From the NCBI GenBank assembly GCA_965113315.1, contig OZ220364.1: 64,000 nt of DNA. One strand, 5' to 3'. The translations under genes and the position numbers were made by a program. The stretch's first letter is position 1, and each line of letters starts with the position of its first letter. Source of the stretch: Podarcis vaucheri (lineage: Eukaryota). The notes under the pieces were generated by a model. The model saw nothing but the letters and a program-made list of their open reading frames with translations, had not been told where the DNA came from and did not search any database. Of this stretch, positions 24,901 to 36,900 are shown piece by piece.

Positions 24901-27900
24901 GGCAAAATAGCATGCAAGGATATGGAAATGCTCATGTCAACATGTTGCCCTCATATTCTGCTTGCAGGCATTTGGTTCTCTACTGCAAGAACAGGATGCT
25001 AGAGTAGATGGGATTTTTGCTTGATGCAGCAAAGCTCTTGTGTTGTTGTTTTTTAAAAAATAACTATTGAGGAGAAAAACCATTAGATATCATACTAGTG
25101 ACATGGTCCCTGCTGAAGGGTCTTATTCAAATCGGAGAGTTTAAATGAGGCAAAAGGGGACAGTGAACTAGTAGAACAGGGAAAGGGGCTCAACAGAAAA
25201 TGGGGATGGCTGTTCTAGAATAGGAAACAGCATGGCAAACAAGGCAAAAACAGGAGTAGGAAGTAATGGAAAAGAGTGGGAGCAGACAAGCAGTTAGAAC
25301 AGGAATAAGGGAAAGTTTTTAAAAATAGGTATGTCTACATGTGCAAGGGGGAAAAAATATTTCAAGTCAAAGACCAGAAGGCTGCAAATACTTTCTCCCA
25401 GTCCCTCCTCTGTTCTGCTCATTGTAGAGAGAAGCAAATGCCCAAAGTGAGAAAAAATCCCAAGGATCCTGCAATATATGGGGCCTCCTGGTTAATGGCT
25501 TGCTTCTCTTCATAAGTGAGTTTGAGCCCCACTCCCCATCTCAGGGTGTACAAAGAGGTAGAGATAAGGAGTAACAGCCCAAAGCAAAAGACGGTCGGCT
25601 GAATTTCAAGTTCCACTGAAATTAATGTCCCGTTGGCTACTTGTCCTACTGATTCCAATAGGACTTAGGTGTGACTAACTTGACTGGCATTTGAGCCAAT
25701 GTCTCAAAAGCCCAAGGAGTTTGAAACAAGTGCATGAATCCAAGGGTCAGCGCAGAAATTGCGAAGGATGGCAAAGAAATTCTTGGATTTTTTGCATTGT
25801 TGTATAAGAACACTGCTGAGGATATTTTTCCCCTGTTGCAAAGAGCCATTAGGAAACAGATTAGAGTATTCAATCAGAGCTAGCCTTCAGGAGAGTAATG
25901 AAAAAGATCTAGCTCTTACCTTGGAAAGAACAAACCGGTCATTGTTGGGATTTCTGGGATCCTGCGGCTTGTACCTCATGGTATGGAAAAACAGCACAGA
26001 CATGATTTCTGCAGCACTGCAACATGACGTTGGGTGGCTGCAAATCAAAGCACACGGAGCGTTACAACTGCAGCTTCTTGTCAGGTCACATTCCTGTCAC
26101 TGAAACACCAACATGCTCATCCTTCCAAGCTTCCACAGGGAAACATGCCATTAGAAGTGCCTGTGAGAACTCCTTCCATCTACTATCATCCTGGGGTCCA
26201 TTAGCTCTGATCAGTTAAGAGAAGAGGACGTCGTGTTATCTCCCCCAAAATGGATGCCGAAATGTAAGCTTCAGTGAGAGGGCACCTGGAGCTACTTTCT
26301 CTCCACTAAGATCAAGAAAGAGCATCAGAATCAGCAGCTATTGTCTTCATAAAGTTACACGTTCACCTACTTTTAGAGAAAAGCTTCATTTTCTGTGAAA
26401 GGCCCAAGGAGATCTCCTTGGCCTGAATGAAGCCCTGACAATACTTAGGTATTTTGGAAAAATGGCCCCTCGCCTATGGTTTATTATACGTGGCTAAAGG
26501 GTATTCTCTGCCTAGATGCCACGGGACTCTACTTCTCACCAGCCCCAGCCAGGATGATGGGAGTGTAGTCCAGCAATATCTGAAAGGACACAAGTTAGCC
26601 ACTTTGAAAGAGCACTTATCTGACTAGATGTTAAGTTTTAATGAGCACTTATAAAGGAAAGTTAAGCTTCAGAAAACAAGTTGGTGCATTATGACATTGG
26701 ATATGTTTTCTCTCTTTCGAGAGCACAAATTGAAGGAGATTTGCAGCAGGGATTTCAATGACATTGTGAAGGAGCATGTCATCTATGATTTTCTCCTGAG
26801 CTTCAGGGAAGGGTTTCAGTTGGTTTACAAAATAACCATGTCAGTACATTACTAAAAGGAAGTTGAACAGGAGAGATGCCCTTTCTAGCACTGCAGATTA
26901 TTAGGCTGTTTCAGGACAAGAAACAAGCACAATTCTGTTTAACCTAGTATAAACTTGAAGTGGCTTGCTTCCTCCTCCTATATATCCCAATGTGATCTTA
27001 AGGATCAACAGCAAACAATTCTTGTAGTACCACACCTGAGCATCATGTTCGGGCAGCAAGAGAGATTTTCTACAGTTGTTAAACTAATTTCTTTAAGAGG
27101 TTTCTAAAAGCCCCGACTTGCCTTGAAAAGAAAAAGAAAAACCTCAATAGATCTGGCTTTTGAATGGTGGAGTGGGAATTCCTTTCCCGCCCCACTTCAT
27201 TTTTCATTTGTGAACATTTGTCATACCCTTTTAAGATATTGCCTACCCTGAACGATTATCACAGGGAAACTAGAAATTAACATTTCTAGGGATTGGAGAA
27301 ACTGAAAAAGCAAGCATTCCCTGCAGTGAGATTTACTTTGTCTCTAAAAGACAGAATTTATAAGAATGCGTACAGTTAATTATAGATAGTAGAACAGCAT
27401 TCCATAAACAAGGCATCTGGATTTCAGAATTTGGACTTATCAATAATAACTCATTTATTTTAAAATATTTAACAGAATTTTACAGCTCAACCCTATGTAT
27501 GATTACTTAGCCCTGCCTCAAGTGTGGAGAAATCTTTTGGCTCCACAGGCCAGATCCAACTCATGGGCCAAATTTAACAAGTGAGTGAGGATGCCTACCT
27601 GTCAACCCACATTCTGTCACAAACAATATCAAGGTATTTTGCCCTTTGAAATCCCAAAGTCAGGACTTCAAAGTTTGTAGCAGGCAGGAAGGCACTGCTA
27701 ACATCTGTTTCACTACAAGGGGTTTACAGTGAAACAGCTGCTGAAATGAAGAAAAAGCTTGCTTTTAGCAGTGCTTTGCTACCTGCTGAGCACTCTGAAA
27801 GTGCAGCCAAACTGAGCAGATTTGGGTGTGTGAGGGAGTTTCCTGTAGGATCACCCTTTCTTTGCATCAGCCAATGTACCAGGAGGGCAATCCTACTTAG

Positions 27901-30900
27901 TGCTGGGTACCAGTTTTGTGCAGCATTTCAAAGGCCCCCCACCCTTATCTGTATGACCCTCAGAAGTAGGACAGGTGAGCATGGCTTGCCCAAAATGGCT
28001 TTGCAGTCCAAATGGGGAAAGTTGGCAGGCCAAAACTGGCCTCCTGGGCTGGAGGTTCCTCTATCCTGTCCTACTGGGTTCAGTAAGGCTTAAAAGGTAA
28101 AGGTAAAGGGACCCCTGACTGTTTGGTCCAGTCGCGGATGACTCTGGGGTTGCGGCGCTCATCTCGCTTTATTGGCCGAGGGAGACGGCATACAGCTTCC
28201 GGGTCATGTGGCCAGCATGACTAAGCCGCTTCTGGCGAACCAGAGCAGCACATGGAAACGCCGTTTACCTTCCCGCCGGAGCGCTACCTATTTATCTACT
28301 TGCACTTTTGAAATGTGCTTTTGAACTGCTAGGTTGGCAGGAGCAGGGACTGAGCAAGGGGAGCTCACCCCATCGTGGGGATTCGAACTGCCGACCTTCT
28401 GATCAGCAAGCCCTAGGCTCTGTGGTTAAACCCACAGCGCCACCCGCATCCCAATGAGGCTACTCCCTAGTATAAGTGTATTATGGACTACAGAATTGGA
28501 GTAAAACGGTTCATAAATTTATGGCTGAAGTCTGTGACCCAGGATCATGCTCAATTTTAAACATTACTAGTCTAAAAGTGTCAGTAGCTTGTAATGATCC
28601 AGTGGAATGAATTGTCAGTTGTACAGTACTAGCTGACATGTTATAGGGCAGCTATAATAGTTAACAGCCAGAAATCCTGTTCATAGAGCAATGGTCTACT
28701 AGTTTGGCTGTCACAAGGCATTTTCCCTTTGACTACATTTTCCATGCATGTTAGCATTTTAAAATCATAAATCCAAACACATGATACAACAGTTGTATGA
28801 CATCCACAGGACTTAAGCCTATATAATGTGCTAATTATCAAGCTGCCAATTAAATATTGCTTCCTAATCCAAACCCCTTTGGGAACAGCACTCTCGTTAA
28901 CAATTTCTTAAAACACATGCAAATGCTTTTTTTAAAAAACAGGAGTAAAGGTTAGTGCTCATCCCTTGTTAAGTACTTGCACGCTAGGAATTAAAATAAT
29001 TAGATTTAAGTCACGACTCAAAAACATGTATTAGTAAATATTTACACATGGCTGTTAATCAGTAAACCTTACATGCTTGCTTAAAAGGCTTTCATTCCTT
29101 AAATCTTATAAATGTTATACTTAACCATCTCTCTAAAGAACTGCTGCTCTGAGGGTAAAGTTTTTAAATAAACCTATTGATGAACATGTAGAAGAAGAAA
29201 AATTAAACAGGGATTGAAAACAAAATTTAAAAAAATTAAAGCAACCAATTAAAAACATTTTACCACAACAATTCTCAGTTCCAACAAAGAATCTTGAGGC
29301 ACCTTAAATGCTAGCTAATTTATTACAGCATATGTTGTAGTGGACAAGAGTCCATTTTATCAGACAAGACTTCTTACTGTTTTGCTGCAGCAGACTAACA
29401 CAGCTACCCTTCTGGGCACTCAGATATAGATACAGATATAAATATACAGATATATAAATATAGATATGTAGATATATTTGTGGTAGGGGACTTCAATAAT
29501 TGTTAGCATTTTAAAAACATTTTAAAGCAGGATTAAAATTATATTAATAAAATATAAAAACTGAAAACTGAACTACCTATCTACTGGAGGGGGAGATGTT
29601 AAATGTGCTTAGGACTGCAACCTTGGTTACCAGGAAGCAAGCCCGATTAAACTTGGCAAGATGGACAACACAGTTCTAGCTATGTCTACTCAAAAGTAAG
29701 TCTTACTGAATTCAACAGGGCTTACTTACAGGTATGTGGGAGTATGACAGCAGCTTTAGGATTAGATTGCAAAATACCGATATTGCAAACACTGTAAGCA
29801 ATAGTGTTCTGCAGGTACCACTAATTTTCATACGACTTCTGCAAAAGGCTTCAAGCAGATTTCAAAATGAACTAAGGTGTTGCAGAAGACATAGTAGAGC
29901 ACACCCTCTACCTTTCAGCTTCCATCAGTAACTGGAATTCAGTTTACAAGCCGAGCTACGCTCCAATATCTGAAATTCAACACGTTCCATGTAAAAAACA
30001 ATTCCTGTTGAAACTAGAGATTTTCAACTATTGGCCAATGTGCAAAACAACTTGTTCCCTATACATTTGCAAACAGCACTCCCAATACGGACAACACGTT
30101 TTGGAAAAGGAATGTAAACACAGTGGATTCTATGGAAAATACATTCATACGTAACTTCCTTCTTGCAATTCCTTAAAAAATAAAATATTCCTCTGAAACT
30201 ACAATAACCATTTGTTCTTTCTCAAACCTCTCTTCTTTTAATCGTCAAATTCTATTAGTTCTGGTCAAACTGCTTGGATTAACACAAAACAAACAGAGCT
30301 GCAACACAAAAGATGCCTACTCAGCATGGACCGTTGATGAAGCAAAAACACACCAAGTGCCAGCGGGTGGGGTGGAATTATGCAAAGGCAAATATGCCCA
30401 AAAGGAGTAGAAAGGCGTAACAACGTGAAAGCATAAAACAACCAATTTCAGCTTTTACCAAGAAGAGACATTTGGAAACACGCACCACAATCTTGATGGA
30501 GGTTGTGAACCCATGTTAAGAAAGTCACTTATTCCAGATGTTGGCAAAGGAGGCAGTAGTCAAGAGACTACCTTGAGTTGCTGCACTGAAAAGGACCTGC
30601 AAAAACCAATGTGATTGCTCAGGTTGAGCATGCAGGGCCAGCTGGGTAGGACAGCCAGCAGCCTACAGCCACCAATCACCAGGTCTGTGAACTCAGGGCT
30701 TGGGCTAAAGGCAGGGATGCTTCAGGAAGTTGCTATCACTATGCAACATGGCGCAGACACCACCTCGCTCTATTTCTCCTTGTCATCTGAATCCTTGACC
30801 AGTGCCCAGATACATGGGAGGCATCTAATGAAACCAGCGTGGCAACATAAGGAACTTACAGATGAGCTGAGATGTAAGAAGGGAATGAATAAGAAATGGG

Positions 30901-33900
30901 AAACCCCAAAAGAAGAGTATACATGAGTTACCAGCAGTTGCAGGGAAAAGGTCAGGTGGGCCAAATCTCAGACTTGCAAGAGAGGTTAAAAATAATGAAA
31001 AGGTCAGGAGTCAACAGCAAAAAAAAGGTAACGCTATTCTAGGCTGCGTCAACAGAAGTACAGTGTTCCAGTCAAGGAAAGTAATAGTCCCACTCTATTC
31101 TATCTTGGTCAGACCACACCTGGACTCTTGTGTCCAGTTCTGGGCACCACATTTTAAGAAGCTTGTTTTCTCCTGCTCTGAAGGATAGAATTTGAACCAA
31201 TGAATTGAAGTTACAAAAAACAAAGAAAGAGAGACTCAGGAAGAACTTTGACAGTAAGAGCTATTTGACAGTGGAATGGTTTCCCTTGGGAGGTTGTGGG
31301 CTCTCCTTTGTTGGAGGTTTTTAAGCAGAGGTTGGGTGGCCATCTGTCATGTATATATAGTTGGGATTTCTGCATTGCAGGGGGTTGGACTAGAAGACCC
31401 TTGGGATCACTTCCAACTCTATAATTCTATGAGGACCAGTAAGTAGATACTGAATCCAGACAAGAGGGAGGTCCTGTAGATTAGTAGATTGCTTTCTCTG
31501 GAATTAGGTAGACAGCCTGTTCTGGGTGCAGTCAGAGTCCCCTTGAAAAGGCAGTTACATAGTCTGAGCATGCACTCATTCATCATTGCCACTCAAGGAA
31601 GATAAGTGTCTTCATGGACAAAGGCTGACTCCTTCTTCCAGCTCTGGATTGTTTGTCACCATCACCTACTTCCACCTCTGGCTCCTCCCACAACTGGCAT
31701 GTTACCTGCCCTTTGGTGGCCATGAGACCCTTTTAAGACTCTACTAGATGGCTCAGTCTGGACACAATAGGGAAAGAGGACTAAAAGACTACCCAAGCGT
31801 CCTCAGGCACTTTTCTGTTAGTGCAAACAAAGAAGTGGGTAGGGCATATCAACTGGAGACTTGCAGAGCCCCATAACATGATTCATCATGCATTTACTTC
31901 TGGCCATTTTCTGCTCCCAAGGAGTGGCAAGAATTGATATCCATCTATTCATTCTACATCTATTCATTCTAGTATCTGGCCCCAGGGATAACAAAGGAGG
32001 AATTAGATCTTGCCGAACTGAGTACTGAGTCTCTGCTCCCTGCTATTTACTAAAGGAACTTTTCAAATAAATATTGATCCTGTATTTGGATGTACTGTAC
32101 AATCACATTGTTCCCATCTCTTAATTTCCCAGTCACTAGGCTTTGCATCCTCACAGTCTCCTTCAGACAGAACTCCAACTGACCTCAAAAAATAAAACAG
32201 GAACCACCTTGATGTTGTAAAATGGTAAATATAGCTATTGCAACACCACACCGAGAATATGAAAGGCAACTTCCTTCTAAGGGTTCTGCTTTATGGTTAG
32301 GTACTTTCTTCCCCTGCCCCCAGAACCTGCTTCATTTCCCCCCCACTCATTCCATATACTTCCTCAGAAATGGTTTTGCCTTAACAAGTTACTTTGTTAC
32401 AAGAGATGTAGCAATTTGTGACAGAGTCGCATTTTAATGTGCATAAAAATTAGCATAGGCTTTGAAAGTACAGAAGAGCTGTGACCAAGGCTGAGGAATG
32501 CTATTTGCCCTCAACTAGAGGCACACTCAAAATCTGGTGAATCCAAACTGCCTCTCTATCCATTTGCAAGCTCTTAAGTTGATTGCTAAAGAATGCATGA
32601 TATATATTTGGGAAGTCTGAAGCTGAATTAAAAAGAAATAGAGATTGCAGAATGAGGCTGCATTGCCTGCTCTGGAGAGGCATGGCACTGACAGAATCAA
32701 TTTGCTGCTCTGGATCCAGATTTGCTGCTTGAAGCTCAGCTGGCAATGGTGGCTAGTTATAAATGGTTTTTGCGTGCCCAGGCAAAGTCCCCACCCCACC
32801 CCTCTGGGAACCAGACCTCAGGATCAAGCAGGAGACACGACAACATCCTTAGGGATTAAAATGGCCACAACTTTATTGAATTTCACATGTAGGAAACCTT
32901 GGCACAGGCACTGGGTGTGTATCCCTCTCAGCCCCCCTGCTGGGGGTTTGAGGCAAGTCACGGTCGAACGGGAATATGGGGCCACTGCAAAATGTGTGTT
33001 TACGCAACTGGCTCTCTCCCATGTCGCTGGGGGGAGTTCTATGGCCCACTTGCTGTGCCCTTGTGGACAAAGACTCCCCTCAAGACCCCTTTAACAGGGT
33101 ACCCTGGTGTCGCTGCCGCAAAAGGGATGTCACCACTTTACCCTCTTTCAGTTGTTAAGACTAAAGGATTCCGCCCAATGCCTAAAATCGCCAAAGTTGT
33201 GACAATTGCTATGGGGTAGACAAAACCTGTAGAGCAGGGGAAATTCTTTCCCAGCTGTGAGAAAGCAGCAGCCATTGTACAACCATATCAATGCCAGAGA
33301 ACCCAAAAGGAGAAAGGTTAGCCTGTAAGAAAAAACAAGATTAGAGGTCAGCTCTGTCCCCTTTTTATGCTTCTGGAGGGGACCAGAGTGAAGCCTGCTC
33401 CAACTCAGTCTGCTGCTCTTGCCCCACCCCCAGGCTGCCGCGGATAGGCCAGAATTTGAATCTGGGTTTGGTGGGAACCCATCAGGCACTGTGGCAGCCA
33501 GGAGGGCGGAGCAACTGCCCACGGAACAGTGTGGCTTCAGGAGGATGGTGAAGCCGCGCACCGAGTTGCTAACACCACCCACAACCAATATAAAGTCATT
33601 TTGAGCTCCATCTGGGAGAATAAGGTTTTTGCCACCTTCTACATGACTTGGTGAACTTTAGGATCAAGCAGAACACGCTCCTTTCAAGGCAAATCAGCAC
33701 GATGATTAGAACTAATATCAGTTTTAAAATGTACACTTGCATTTAGATTCTTGCTGTTGTTACTTCTCTTACAAAGGGACTCGTTATAAGGCTGTTCACT
33801 GTTTATTCCCAACTCCTCTAATACTGTGAGCTGCCCTGAACACAGCTACAGAGGAAGCATCTAGTAAGAGTTAGGCTATGAAAAAGGAGATCTATCCTGT

Positions 33901-36900
33901 AAGCAGAATAGAGCACTCATGAAGATGCTACAACTGAAGTCACATGTGCACTTTCATTTTCCCCAGCTTTTCTGCCTTAATGGTGCACCAAGGCATCAGC
34001 CATACCTATGGTGTGTCAATTCAGACAATCATGGAATTACAGCTAGTACAAGCAAACTCATTTCATATCATGTTCCCGGTTGTAATTTTCAGTTCCATTA
34101 CAAATCATGGTTTCTCAGGTCTGATGTCACATTGAACCAGCGTTAAGGTTGAACTATGGTGCAATTGTTTTAATTCATTCAAATTCAAAATGGGTCCATC
34201 ACTTTTCTTTTGTTGCAACTTTGTTGCCCAACACAAGGTGGAAGGGTTTACATTTATATATATATGTATGTATTATGATCCCTAGTCCTTCAGATGGACC
34301 TCAGAACAGAATGTGTGGTTGTCAGAATTTAGCATTCCATGTAAATGAAATTCATCGCATGAATGCCTCCAACAATGGCATTTTCATGCACCTTACAAAA
34401 TTCAGTGAGATCACTACAGACAAAAGGAATTTAAAACGTGGGCAGATGTTTCAACCTTACAGAAAACTTTTGCTTCTAAAAATTAAATTTTAAAATGTAA
34501 CAACGTGAACCCTATACAATATAGCACATACAATCAACAGAAAATAAAAAAATACAATCCTCAGCTGAAACAAAGTAAATATATTGTAGAGCTTTTAGAA
34601 AATCAGTCTTTGTCAATGGAACATTAAATAAACCTGTTTGATGTGGGTAAATAGCTTGATTTTCACATCAAAAGACAATGAATTTTTCCCATCGCAGAGT
34701 ACAAGCAAAACTAGACTAACTCTGGAATCTGCAGACAGAGCCTAAAATAACCTCTATTCTAAAGCCTGAATAAACTGCCCATATGAGACTTCAGGCATTT
34801 GAAAAATAATCCCACTTTGGCGAACTTGAAATTTTGCCGATAATTAGTTACGACTGTTGGGTACAAAAGAAAGAATTTGGCCGAAAGCATAAATTGTTTT
34901 TCTTCCAACTGTGTGTCAAGAGAGCATTCCTGAGTTCCCTTTCTGTCATATCATATGCATGAAGAACCTTATATCCCCAATTCATCTGTGTCAAAAATAC
35001 ACTGTCAATATTATACTCTCACGCTTTCTGGACGCTCTGATTTTAGCTGCCCACTTTAGCTGCACATGATTAAAGCAGACAGCATTATGGTAGAAGGGCT
35101 GATTCTGCACGCTATCCACACTGAGCCAAACATTCGGACACACACACACACACTACATGCATAAACAAACTGTATGAGTATAATCAGAAAAGCCCCTATA
35201 CAGTATTTAAGAGCAATTAACTCCGTTCTCTTTCTAAAAAATAAGCTTTTGAACCAATCTATATGATGTAAAAAGGGTTGTTATGCAATGAGCCCTTTAT
35301 CAAAACATATAAAACACAAAAATATTTCATCAACACAAACATCCAGTGTTCAATGTTTTATCATTCTTATTCATTTTTCACAGCCACAGGTGAGGTAATA
35401 ATTTTCACATGCAAGTGTATTTGCAGATAAATACTGCATATATAGTTCTGATCTGTATCTTCCAGGGACAATTATTACATCCAGCACAATCCTAACATTG
35501 GTCTATTCAAAAGTTGCCCCATTGAGTTTAATGGGACTTACTCCCAGATAAATGTGTATAGGGCTGCAGGCAACAGATGAAAATGGGTTTGTTCAGCTCC
35601 TTGGAACTTACACAAATCCCAAATTCAATCCAGCTACAGATGAAGCAAATAAGCTATCTAATTCTATTTGCACCTTCGCTATATCTGCAACCTTCTAAAG
35701 TGATTTGTAATGGCTACGTCTTCTATCCAAAGAAAATCCTCCATTAAATTGTATGGCTGTTGAAAGCTTTAGGTTGCCAAACCAGGTTTGCTTATTACAT
35801 GAGTTGTGAAACATAACTGACACCTAAAGATTGCTTTAAACCTGCATTTCAAAACCTAGTGGAAGCTCTGAACCCATTTTGCAACTCAAAATTCAAGGTT
35901 TCCCAGTAAGAACAAAGATCTTCAGCTCTATATTTTATTTATCATTACTGCTTTTTAAGAAAAGGGGGGGAAAACAGGTGGTATGCAAATAGGGATGTTT
36001 AAGATATCACTAGCCCATTTGGGCAAAGCTGTGAAATTAATTATTGCTCCAAGAGAAACACCCTATTGAACTCAAATACAATGTTTAGGTAACAGTGTAC
36101 GCACATTGTGGCTTGATGACCGATGAATAACTCAATAGATTTCAACAGCCAGATCTCTGCAGAAATCCCCAGGACTGCACACACACGCAACAGTAAGAGG
36201 CAAGATTTGGACCAAATTTCATCCAGAGGCACAGAAGTCCACACAAACAGCTGGTAGTGTCAAGGCTGTTCGACACATTAGTAGCCTTGTTCTAGAATCA
36301 TTTGTAGCAGGACCAGGGAAGGAAAGCACAACTATCTTCTTGGGCTACACAGTACTAAAGAGACACTTAAGTAGGGGCTACCTTCTGCTAGCTAGGATTA
36401 TTAAGAGTGAAGGGACGAGACGAGAACTTATCCATCTTATGGGGTGAAATGCCAATAAAGGTATGATCTGCTTAAGGAGACAGCAAGTGCATTTTCCTAC
36501 CTTCAGGCAGTTGGATAATGTTGTGGGTGGGAGCAAAAAATAGATGTTAAGAGAATTGACCCCACCTTGCTCAGAAAATGGTAAGGGTCTGTTCTTAGGA
36601 GGATAGCCAGTACCCAAGTAAGATCTACCCTGGAATAAAGGTGTCATGGGACATTTACAGAAGGCACCAATAGAGCAACTTTCCACCCCAATCCCACACT
36701 GTGGGTGGGAAACCTGGGGCAAGATCAAAGTCGGGCAGCCAGTGCTGAATATGTCAGGCAGACTGCTGCCATCCCTCCGTGAGTTCATTTCAGCCAAGGC
36801 TCAGCTCTGGAGAAACAGGTCTGCACTCCGGAAGCGGCGTGTATTACAGGGGAAAGGCATGCAAAACGGTGCTCGGGTCAACCTTTAGCATCTCCACTGT

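Noticed and set aside
31526-31592. Possible C/D-box snoRNA on the minus strand (ATGATGA...CTGA)
   Set aside because: Short, imperfect terminal stem, no recognisable rRNA guide and far from any 3' splice site; consistent with chance.
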